Shown: in pieces, positions 39,568 through 50,727 of the stretch
How positions within the stretch are numbered: the first letter of the stretch is position 1
Layout: each line of letters opens with the position of its first letter
Assembly: GCA_951406725.2 (NCBI GenBank)
Contig: OX597839.1
Span: 10,168,001-10,232,000 of the forward strand
Direction: 5' to 3'
Source of the DNA: Octopus vulgaris
Lineage: Eukaryota
Length of the DNA: 64,000 bases
Notes under the pieces: generated by a model
Told to the model about the DNA's origin: nothing
Database searches by the model: none
Seen by the model: the letters and a program-made list of their open reading frames with translations, nothing else
Translations under genes and position numbers: made by a program

Positions 39568-39722
39568 AGGCGTGGCTGTGTGGTAAGAAACCTGCTTTCC
39601 AACCACATGGTTCCGGGTTCAGTTCCACTGCACGGCACCTTCTGCAAGTGTTTTTTAATATAGCCTTAGGCCGACCAAAGTCTTGTGAGTGGATTTGGTA
39701 GACGGAAACTGCAAGAGTCCCA
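39568..39722 (+). mobile_element. SINE family A, 5' half
   Basis: Family A head and CORE-like domain. Confidence 0.8.
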
Positions 39723-39724
39723 TC

Positions 39725-39760
<36 letters not shown>

Positions 39761-39762
39761 AT

Positions 39763-40565
39763 ATACTAGCAAACGCGCCCGTCCTTTGAACGGTGTAACT
39801 TACAATGGTGAACTCTTTTGGACGGTTTAAGTTGAATTAGCCAGACCTTAAATGTATAATTACCAATTTCGGTAGCAGTTTATTATATGGTATTAATAAA
39901 GTTTTATGAACACACATTTGGCAGTTAGCAATAAATGAAAGTCCATGAAATGAGATCGCAATTGCAGTAGACATTAGGGATCCTATATCTTCATCATCAT
40001 CATTGTTCGACCGTGGTCGAGACAATAGAATTTACTATGCTACGCCAGACTTCACGGTCCATCATAGCATTACGGAGGTCCTGTTGCTGGATGCCTGTAT
40101 TCCTGGAGATTACATATCTTACCTAAAGCGTTTTGTCGCATGTAGTTATTTTATTCATAATGCATGACACAACCACATTGAAGCTTTTTTCAATGAAAGT
40201 CATGTATGATAAACAAAAGCAAATGTTTATAGCAAACACACAAATAGAATAATGGTATGTACAAAAATAAATGTCAGAGCAAACTCAAGAGTGAATAGCG
40301 TGCGTGAAGTAAGAAGGGTCATTGAAGGTAATGTACTGTAGACAGCAATCATGGAAATGAAGCAAAATATCAATGAAATGCTTGTAGGAAGTTTGATTGC
40401 TAACGTTTGTATAGTATTTCAGTATTTTGGGTTTGGACCTCTTTTTCAGGAAATCTTTTGAGGTTTGAAAATTTCCAGAAGAATGGATCATAGCCCCGAA
40501 ATATTTAAACACAAGATAGAAGTACAGACAAAGCAAACCATCGACTTATTCTATTTCTTATAATA
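39763..40565. mobile_element. Possible Helentron-associated non-autonomous element, interrupted by an RTE fragment
   Basis: Start atactagc..cccgtc..gaacgg and end ..cagacaaa..ttcttataata resemble DINE/HINE termini; weak. Confidence 0.3.
39990..40118 (-). mobile_element. RTE-group LINE 3' end with (GAT)n tail
   Basis: VISRNTGIQQQDLRNAMMDREVWRSIV...VEQ* followed by gatgatgat. Confidence 0.7.
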
Positions 40566-40641
40566 TGCATTGTTTGGCTTAAAAATTTTAAAAAATATTT
40601 ATCTATATCAGACAATGCTTCATGTAAACTACACTATCATA

Positions 40642-40706
<65 letters not shown>

Positions 40707-40819
40707 TACATATATATGAATATAAAGTTTCCTACATGGGACAAAGTTGTGGTGTCGCTTTCGTGCAGTGGCTTGGACAGTTATGCGATTTATAGCAGAC
40801 GTGAGGTTCGAATCCCATA

Positions 40820-40857
<38 letters not shown>

Positions 40858-40994
40858 TGTGGGTGTGTAGAAGATGAGAAAAACAACAGCATCGCTTATG
40901 GGATTCGAACCTCACGTCTGCTATAAATCGCATAACTGTCCATATATATATATATGTTTATATATATGTATATATATATGTATGTATATATATG

Positions 40995-41051
<57 letters not shown>

Positions 41052-41316
41052 GCTGCATTTATAATAGTTTAACTTTGCTGTGAAAATAAACTACAATTTA
41101 TTTATACAGTAAGGCTAAATGTATATCTTTCTTATTACTTACAAACTTAACCACAAACATTGTCTGAGTACTGTAGTTAGCGAACGTGCAAACAAACATA
41201 CATACCTATATACACCTATACATATAAATATATATACATATATCTGTACACACACACACACACATATATACATACGTATATATATGTGTGTGTGTGTGTC
41301 TGTGTGTGTATCCATG

Positions 41317-42579
41317 CAGAGGTTAGACAAAATAATGGAAACGCCTTAAAATTTCAAACAAATTAATTTTAATGTTGGGTAGGACCGCCTTTGGCGGTAA
41401 TTCCAGCTTGAATTCTACGAGTTGTGGACTCGTACAAAGTTTTAATTGTTTCCAAAGGAATTTTTGTCCATTCTTCAGCTAAAACAGTCTCCAGTTCTTG
41501 TAGTGTTGAAGGTGGAGCATATTGACTCCTTACTTGTTTTTCTAAAATGCGCCATAAATGTTCAATAATATCGAGATCTGGGGACTATGGTGGCCAGATA
41601 AGATGTTCAACTTCATTAGAATGTTCCTTGTGCCATTCGGTAACAACTTTAGCTGTGTGAATTAGTGTATTACCATCCTGAAAGATTGCATTTCCCTCTG
41701 GAAACAGTTCTGCAACCATACAATGAATTTGATCAGATAAAATGCTTAGACAGTCTTGACTATTAATTCTGCCATGAAGGGAAACCATTGGGCCGGCGGA
41801 TTTCCAAAATATAGCTGACCAGATCATCACAGATCCTCCTCCATATTTAACAGTTGGAAGAAGGCAGTCTGGGTCGAATGCTTCTTTTGTTTGTCTCCAC
41901 ACCTATACTCGGGCGGTGGTCGGAAATAAGGTAAAGGATGACTCAGCCGAGAAAATAACATTCTTCCACTGCTCTAGGGACCAATTCTGTAGGTTTTTAC
42001 TCTACTCTAAACGCTTTGCAACGTTTGTTTTCGAAAGTAGTGGTTTTCTGATTGCAGCTCTCCTGTGAAATCCGGCTTTGTGTAGCTCCCGGCGAACAGT
42101 TTATGTGGAAACTGGGTTCTCTAGGTGGTTATTAAGCTCTGCAGTAATTTTGGGAGCTGTACTTTCGTGATCTTTTCTAAAAATTCGTGTAAGAGTCTGA
42201 CGGTCCCCATTTGAAAGTTTTGGTTTTCTTCCGGAGTTTTGTTTCGACGATGAGGTTTTTTTCCCACTTTCTCAAAGGCTGCAATTACTTTCGAGACAGT
42301 ACTTCTTCATACACCAGACATTTCGGCCCTTTTCGTTACGCTAGCGCTTGCCATACGAGCACCAACAATTTGACCTCTTTGAAAGTCCGATAGATCTGTC
42401 ATTTTAATGAATTTTAATTACCTTTTTCTGATAATATCTGTAAAGAAACGGCAATTTTAGCAAAACACATTAAACAACACAAATAATAAATACAAACAAA
42501 ACTAAACAAGCTTTTGACAGTTTTATAGGTATTTCAAAATTAGGATGCTAGGTGTTTTCATTATTTTGCCCAACCCCTG
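41317..42579 (-). mobile_element. Tc1-family transposon, full length, with decayed transposase (41369-42402)
   Basis: TIRs cagaggttagacaaaataatggaaac / gttttcattattttgcccaacccctg; MTDLSDFQRGQIVGAR, TVKYGGGSVMIW, IFQDGN, WPP*SPDLDIIEHLW, AKGGPT. Confidence 0.92.
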
Positions 42580-42637
<58 letters not shown>

Positions 42638-42666
42638 CGAGAAAGAAGCAACAAGAATGGATAAGT

Positions 42667-42757
42667 TTTTAGTACAATCGTTTCATACAAAGACAGGCTT
42701 TATTAAAAGCTGCAAAAATTGCAGCATATAAACGTGTCCCGTACTCATCAGCTAAAA
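42667..42757 (-). ncRNA. Type-I hammerhead ribozyme, canonical core, predicted GUA cleavage between 42673 and 42672
   Basis: Minus strand: TTTTAG-CTGATGA-GTACGGGACA...TGTCTTTGTAT-GAAA-CG at TG-TA-CTAAAA. Confidence 0.82.
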
Positions 42758-42884
42758 TACATGTGAGTTCTCTAGACATCTTAGTGGTTGAGGCTATACT
42801 CATGAAGTAATGTAGATAATTAAGTATATATATGTATGTATGTATGTATGTGTATATATATACCTGTATGTATATATATATATA

Positions 42885-43303
42885 CTCTTTTACTCTTTTA
42901 CTCTTTACTTGTTTCAGTCATTTGACTGCGGCCATGCTGGAGCACCGCCTTTAGTCGAGCAAATCAACTCCAGGACTTATTCTTTTGTAAGCCCTGTACT
43001 TATTCTATCGGTCTCTTTTGCCGAACCGCTGAGTAACGGGGACGTAAACACACCAGCATCGGTTGTCAAGCAATGCTAGGGGGACAAACACAGACACACA
43101 AACACACGCGCACATATATATTATATATATATATATATATACGACAGGCTTCTTTCAGTTTCCGTCTACCAAATCCACTCACAAGGCATTGGTCGGCCCG
43201 GGGCTATAGCAGAAGACACTTGCCCAAGATGCCACGCAGTGGGACTGAACCCGGAACCATGTGGTTGGTTAGCAAGCTACTTACCACACAGCCACTCCTG
43301 CGG
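42885..43303 (-). mobile_element. SINE family A, full length
   Basis: Reverse complement of the family A consensus. Confidence 0.9.
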
Positions 43304-43349
<46 letters not shown>

Positions 43350-44439
43350 GCATTTGAAGGAGTGTGAGCATGCGTGCAGATATAATGGCTTGCATGTGAA
43401 TATGTTGGTATATGTCTGATCTGTTCTGTATTGCAGGATTCATTAGTGTGTATATGTAAGCTCGTCTACGTGTGTGTATGAGTGTGTTTGTGTGGGGCGT
43501 GTGGGTGTATTGGTATGTATATGTGAGTATGAGAGTGTTAGTGTGTGTGTGTGTGTGTGTGTGTGTGAGTGCACCTCAAAAGACTAAGTGTCAGAATTGT
43601 CCACAGATAACTCCATGTGACACTCCACCGCCGCCGCCAGCACCACCGCCAGCACCACCAACACCACCACCAGCACCACCAGCACCACCACCATTACCTT
43701 CCCTTCGCTCTACGGCTCCGTTTCAGACGTGAAGGTCATATATTTCGGTGCCTGGCTTGACACGGAGAGATGATGATAGGATATCTGTAAACAATGTGTC
43801 ACAGGAGAATAACTTTTGACAGTTGCAAAGGAAGTGTTCGTCGTACACACACACACGCGCACATGCTCACACACATACACACACGCGCACACACACACGC
43901 ACACACAACATACGCATATCACATCACAAACACACTTGCAATGTACACAAACGCATACACTCAATAACAACATATATACACAGGTACATGCAGGCGCACA
44001 TACACTATTCAATATGCTACACACACGCACACACACAAACATACAAGCCATAGAAACGTACACACACTCTAGGCATCCTCACATACACGTATACTCAATA
44101 CCACAACATACACAATTTACTATATACATACCATAAACACACACACTGCACACATCACAAGTACGCACATACAAGTTACACAAACACATGCGCACACTAT
44201 ACACATGCACTCAGTAACACAACACATACACATACATACAAACGTACAATATACCATACACATATGCCTACACATAAATATATACAATCACACAACATAG
44301 GCACACACAACAATACATACAATAACACCACATATTTACAAAATACATGCATGTATACACACACACGTACTCTCTACAACATTCTGTACACACACTCTAC
44401 ACACCACACAATACCTGCATCCATTACATACATTTTTGT

Positions 44440-45145
44440 TAAAACCTATAAAAATAACGATATTAATGTTAGGGCTGCTACACTAATTTCTACCTTAAAC
44501 TTAGAAGATCGTACGGAAACCCTTCAGCTTGGGGACCCCCATTTTACATTTAAAGACCACACACCAGACTTCTTGCTTAAACCTGCAATTAGATTCATCT
44601 GCCCCTCTAAATATGACCTAGGTAGGGTAAGGCCATGTTAGATAGAATAACCCCCATTGTTAAACAATGAAGCCACCTAACCCTATGGGATAACTCTGAC
44701 AATTATCACTTAGTTCAGTAAACTAAGTAACAAAATAGAAAATATTTCCTTCCTCCTGTTTGACGTAGATAACTATTATTCCTCTATTTCTCCTATCCTA
44801 CTCAATAAGGTGCTTTTCTTCGCAGGTAAATTCATCAAAATCTCTTACAGTGGTATTAGTATTATTCTCACAGTTAGATGAAATCTTATCAGTTTCCAAT
44901 GTGAATTATAGTCCCACGCTGCCCTGCCTGGAACAACAAATTCGATTTCTCTATGAGCTCATCCGACTATGCACAAGTAACAGATCTCGTAAATTTGTAC
45001 TTTCTACACGAACTTCATAAGTTCTTTCCCATATATTGGAGGAGGTTTGCATCGACACGACGATCCCCTTACTGTGGATAATCATTCCTCCTCGTCCCTC
45101 GAAAGACTAAGAAGGAAACTACACAATTTTTTCCAAAATCTTAAC
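44440..45145 (+). pseudogene. Penelope-like (Naiad/Chlamys-type) reverse transcriptase relic
   Basis: FTFKDHTPDF..KPAIRFICPSKYDLGRV, FDVDNYYSSIS, FDFSMSSSDYAQVTDLVNLYFL, GGGLHRHDDPL (degenerate GLYRDDGL). Confidence 0.75.
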
Positions 45146-45689
45146 CTATCTCCTTTCAAGAGGACATAAATCCATAGTTCCGAAATCTTCTGACACTGCA
45201 TAATTGCGTGCAGAACATTTCACACACACATAATGCTCTCTCTCTCTCTCTCTGTCGCTCTTTCTCTTTCTCCTCATACATTCGTACAAACACGTTTCAA
45301 ATGTGATCGTTTTTGATATAATCAGAACATAACAGCTTCCAATTGAAAGCGAACAGTCTATTATTTTAGGAAGCAACCGGTATTAACAACATAATATCTT
45401 ACAAATCAACAATTATCCGCTGACAATAATGTCTACGTGAGGAGTCAGTCATTTTTCATTCTTTCTGTTAAACTTTCGAAATTTAAACATTCGGAAATTT
45501 TAAACGGAAGACGACAATCGTAACAGACGACATCTGGAAGCCATTATTACAACACAGCTCTGTGTGTGTCTAACAAATAATGACTCCCTCTTTTCTCTTC
45601 TCACTCATTCTCACTTAGTTTTTCTACCCTCTCTCTCAGAATGTCATTCAATTTGGGGTATCAGAACAAGAGCTCGTGTCAAGGCGATA

Positions 45690-45751
<62 letters not shown>

Positions 45752-45856
45752 ATAAACACACATAAATATACACACACACACATATATATATCGGTATAGT
45801 TGTGTATATGTATGTGTGTGCGCGCGTCTGTGAGTGCGTGTATATGTGTGTATATA

Positions 45857-45895
<39 letters not shown>

Positions 45896-45983
45896 GTAAA
45901 CAAGTATGTGTATATTGTGCATATACCTCCATCTATCCCTATGTATACATGTATGCAAGTATGTGTACATAGCTATCTATCTG

Positions 45984-46080
<97 letters not shown>

Positions 46081-46209
46081 TTATCTGTCTGTCTGTCTAT
46101 CTATCTATCTATAGAGGGGTACAAACACATATACATAGACGAGGGGGCACACACACACACACACATACCCACACACCCACATACACGCACGCACACACAC
46201 ACACGCACA

Positions 46210-46252
<43 letters not shown>

Positions 46253-47029
46253 GCGCACGCGCACGCACACACGTTTCAGCCGGACCCTGTCATAATGTCC
46301 ATCAACTCCGTATCGGCGGCGATAGGGACGCTGACGACAACAACGACGACGACGACGACGACGAAAATAGCCAATGTTTTGTAACTGGTGTATTATTATA
46401 CGCCTCATTTAAAATATAAATTGATCTCACGCATAGGTGAAGAAAATGGCCACAAGGAGAGAGAAGAGAGAGAAAGAGAGGAGAAGGGAGAAGGTCGCCG
46501 ACGTTGATATGTATGTATGTTTAGATGTGATGTATGACAAAGTAGCTATGGGTTCCACATAGGCACAGAGGGAAGAAATATAGACAGAAGAGCTCTGGGA
46601 AAACGTGAGAGAAAGAGGGAAAGTATGTATTAGTGTATCAGACAGAGAGAGGGAAAGAGGAGCAGAGGGAGGGAAAGAGAGACAGAGAAATGCAGACAGA
46701 CGGACGCAGAGGGTGTGAGGGATTATAAAGTAATTTCTTTTTTGGAAGGAAAAAAAAAGAGGAGAATATAGGGAGAGTCGTGTGAATGTGAGAAAGACGG
46801 GGAGGAAAGAGAAAGAGAAGGGGAAAAAGAAAAAGTAAGAGAGAGAAAGGAGGGGTGTGTGAGAGAGTATATGAAGTGATTGATGTTTATCTACCGTCTG
46901 AGGTGGTGTAATTTCCCGAGTGTCATGGCTTTTGATATGTCAACTGAATTAATATAACATATGTACGCATGCGTCAGTTAACAAGAGTTTCTATCATGGA
47001 TTCTTTGTATACATAGCGTACAGCCGTCC

Positions 47030-47145
<116 letters not shown>

Positions 47146-47257
47146 GTCTGTCTGTTTACACACACAAACACACACACAAAACATACATAAATATATGTAT
47201 ATATATATGTACACACACTCAAGCATATGTGCATACATACATACATGCATACATACG

Positions 47258-47293
<36 letters not shown>

Positions 47294-47308
47294 TATATCT
47301 ATCTATCC

Positions 47309-47496
47309 ATGATAGATCGTTAGCTCCTACACGCATTTTTTTTTCTCCTTGTTTTTTTTCTGTGTATCTCTGTCGAAGAGCGTAGGCTCGAAACGTAAAG
47401 GACTTTTTCTATTTCTATTCCTGAGCGCTATACTAATACATTTGTTTGTTTGTACTCCACCTGCCTTCGTCTTTTGGTTATTTTCGTAAACTTTCC

Positions 47497-47531
<35 letters not shown>

Positions 47532-47716
47532 ATTTCAACATATGGAACCATTAAATCCAACACATCTTTTTTCTCTTTCTATTTTTTTCCTTCTCATTCC
47601 TTTCTGTTGAAGAGCGTATGTTCGAAACGTGAAACACTTTCCTATTTCTCCCGAGCGTCAAACTAATACACCTACTTTAAGTTCTCTCACCTGTCTTCGT
47701 CTTTTGTTTTCTGTTC
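47309..47716 (+). mobile_element. Two adjacent (TA)n-separated PLE-type cassettes with hammerhead variants (47365-47402; 47599-47636)
   Basis: CTGTCGA-A-GAGC gtag GCTC-GAAA-CGT-A and CTGTTGA-A-GAGC gtat GTTC-GAAA-CGT; flanks homologous to 13077-13288. Confidence 0.7.
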
Positions 47717-47758
47717 AAAAGAACATTAATACTCATGAGAGATATTAATGTTAGCGAA

Positions 47759-48072
47759 GGCGCATGGCTCAGTGGTTGGAGCGCTAAGCTTACGATCGTG
47801 AGGTTGTGAGTTCGAATCCCAGACCGGGTTGCGTGTTGTGTTCTTGAGCAAGACACTTTATATCAAGTTGCTCCAGCTCACTTAGCTGTAGAAATGAGTT
47901 GCGAAGGCCTTTGCCTTTACCTTGGATTACACTGGTGGCGTGGCGTGGAGAGGGGAGGCCGGTATGCATGGGCGACTGCTGGTCTTCCATAAAACAACCT
48001 TGCCCGGACTTGTGCCTGGGAGAGTAACTTTCTAGGTGCAATCCCATGGTCAGTCATTACAGAAGGGGGTCT
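47759..48072 (+). mobile_element. SINE family C
   Basis: Closely matches 19533-19862. Confidence 0.9.
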
Positions 48073-48153
<81 letters not shown>

Positions 48154-48566
48154 CGTTTAAATATTTGTTGTGCAAGATTTTTTATGTGAAGTCGTGTGTT
48201 GAAACAGATATTGTTATATTTCGGAATGGTCATATTGCCAGTTTAGCCAATAAAAACACACGCACTATATATTTGGTGTTATTTTGCTTCAGTGTTATTC
48301 ATTTTTTACATTAATCTTAATCTTATTTCGGCCAGAGTTCTTTCGTCACACTCCTGTGACCGCATCAGTGGTCCTTTATTTTCTTCTTTCTTATTTGTGT
48401 CTCTCCTTACTAACCGTCAGCCATTTTGTATTTCCATTGTATGTCTTCATTTGCGCATGCTTATATCTCTATGTGCGTTTATGTTTATTTAGTGTGTGTA
48501 TGTGGGGGGAATGCCTGTAATATTTGTATTTTCTGTTTATATATGTTCATGTAATTTGTATTTTGT

Positions 48567-48963
48567 AGAACCCCTTGTACGGATAAGTACTGTACTGTAT
48601 GTAGATTTAGCCCACAAACAAACTGTAAAGCCAGAAATGTAGTCTATAGTATAAGATGTATAGAGGGACGATGCAGTAACAAGACAACGACATACGTAGG
48701 GGAAACGGCAAGAAGCATAGGAGAGCGGGTAAATGGGCATTGGAGACAGCTCAAGGAAGGTAAAAGCTTATCGATTCTGTACCAACACGCCGAACAGGAA
48801 CACGGGGGGGGGGTCAATCAATAACATAGAAATTAAAATATTATCCACACATAGATCAGATGCAACAATTAGACAAATTACAAAAGCTACACACATAATA
48901 GAAAATAAACCTAGCCTGAATAGAAAACTAGAATGGAGCACTAACACACACCACAACATATGA
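48567..48963 (+). pseudogene. Penelope-like GIY-YIG endonuclease domain (frameshift in a G run)
   Basis: PCTDKYCTVC..NCKARNVVYSIRCIEGRC..TYVGETARSIGERVNGH..LYQHAEQEH / IKILSTH..IRQITKATHIIENKPSLNRKLEW*. Confidence 0.9.
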
Positions 48964-49451
48964 CGATAGAGGATCCTGAAAACATAATAAATACACAGAT
49001 AAATAAACTAATAGAAATAAATAACTATATATATATATGTATATATATATTTTTTGTTTGTTTTTTTTTATTTATATTTTTTTCGATTCGATTTATTATT
49101 GTTATTACTAGTATTGTTATTACTAGTAAGTGTGTATGTGGGGGGATGCCTGTAATATTTGTATTTTCTGTTTATATATGTTCATGTAATTTGTATTTTG
49201 TTTTTGTTTTTGCTGTTTTTGTTTATTCATTTATTCTTATTTTGTTCATGTGTTTACATCCACTTATTATTATCATTACATATGCTTGTATGTATAACAA
49301 CAATACTAGTAATAACAATAATAAATCGAATCGAAAAAAATATAAATAAAAAAAACAAAAAAAAATATATATATACATATATATATATAGTTATTTATTT
49401 CTATTAGTTTATTTATCTGTGTATTTATTATGTTTTCAGGATCCTCTATCG

Positions 49452-49846
49452 TCATATGTTGTGGTGTGTGTTAGTGCTCCATTCTAGTTTTCTATTCAGG
49501 CTAGGTTTATTTTCTATTATGTGTGTAGCTTTTGTAATTTGTCTAATTGTTGCATCTGATCTATGTGTGGATAATATTTTAATTTCTATGTTATTGATTG
49601 ACCCCCCCCGTGTTCCTGTTCGGCGTGTTGGTACAGAATCGATAAGCTTTTACCTTCCTTGAGCTGTCTCCAATGCCCATTTACCCGCTCTCCTATGCTT
49701 CTTGCCGTTTCCCCTACGTATGTCGTTGTCTTGTTACTGCATCGTCCCTCTATACATCTTATACTATAGACTACATTTCTGGCTTTACAGTTTGTTTGTG
49801 GGCTAAATCTACATACAGTACAGTACTTATCCGTACAAGGGGTTCT
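49452..49846 (-). pseudogene. Mirror copy of the GIY-YIG endonuclease domain
   Basis: Reverse complement of 48567-48963, with G8 instead of G10. Confidence 0.9.
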
Positions 49847-50038
49847 ACAAAATACAAATTACATGAACATATATAAACAGAAAATACAAATATTACAGGC
49901 ATTCCCCCCACATACACACACTAAATAAACATAAATGCACATAGAGATATAAGCATGCGCAAATGAAGACATACAATAGAAATACAAAATGGCTGACGGT
50001 TAGTAAGAAGAGACACAAATAAGAAAGAAGAAAACAAA

Positions 50039-50083
50039 GGACCACTGATGCGGTCACAGGAGTGTGACGAAAGAACTCTGGCC
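50039..50083 (+). ncRNA. Hammerhead-like motif in the PLE tail (mirror copy at 48330-48374, minus)
   Basis: GG(a)CCA-CTGATG-CG-GTCACA ggag TGTGAC-GAAA-GAAC-TC-TGGCC; A9 altered plus an extra base. Confidence 0.6.
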
Positions 50084-50197
50084 GATATAAGATTAAGATT
50101 AATGTAAAAAATAAATAACACTAAAGCAAAATAACACCAAATATATAGTGCGTGTGGTTTTATTGGCTAAACTGGCAATATGACCATTCCGAAATAT

Positions 50198-50242
<45 letters not shown>

Positions 50243-50343
50243 TCAGTAATAATATAGGGTGAAATTAATTAATTTGGAATAATCATTAATTTCACCAAGT
50301 AGATTTCGGCATGTAAAAGCCTCATTCGAGGAAAGTTTAAGTA

Positions 50344-50539
50344 ATACTAAGTAATTAAGGGTTTAGCAACGATTTGCCTCACCACACACCGAAATTTAGA
50401 AATAGCAGTCAATGAGTTATAACTAGTGGTTTTACTGAGATCTCCCTTTTAGTAGAAAGAATAGCTATAACTCTTTGACTGCTATTTCTAAATTTCGGTG
50501 TGTGGTGAGGCAAATCGTTGCTAAACCCTTAATTACTTA

Positions 50540-50543
<4 letters not shown>
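50344..50543. repeat. Inverted repeat, 82-bp arms (50344-50425 / 50462-50543), of a PLE-type terminal sequence
   Basis: Two mismatches between the arms; same family as 15720-15790. Confidence 0.9.
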
Positions 50544-50591
<48 letters not shown>

Positions 50592-50725
50592 CAGCACTCC
50601 GTCGGTTACGACGACGAGGGTTCCAGTTGATCCAATCAATAGAACAGCCTGCTCGTGAAATTAGCGTGTAAGTGGTTGAGCACTCCACAGACATGTGTAC
50701 TTGGGAGATTCAGCGTGACACAGAG
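50592..50725 (-). mobile_element. SINE family G, 3' piece (head copy at 57669-57930, +)
   Basis: gtgtctgtggagtgctcaaccactt is shared with 57901-57930. Confidence 0.55.
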
Positions 50726-50727
50726 TC

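Larger units (their letters stand above)
48208..50205. repeat. Large inverted repeat (arms 48208-49118 and 49299-50205) built from a Penelope-like element
   Basis: Arms are reverse complements, and the ORF track shows mirror-image ORFs; 180-bp spacer. Confidence 0.95.

Noticed and set aside
43727-43835. Possible exon after ..ccgtttcag
   Set aside because: All three frames close quickly and there is no good donor.
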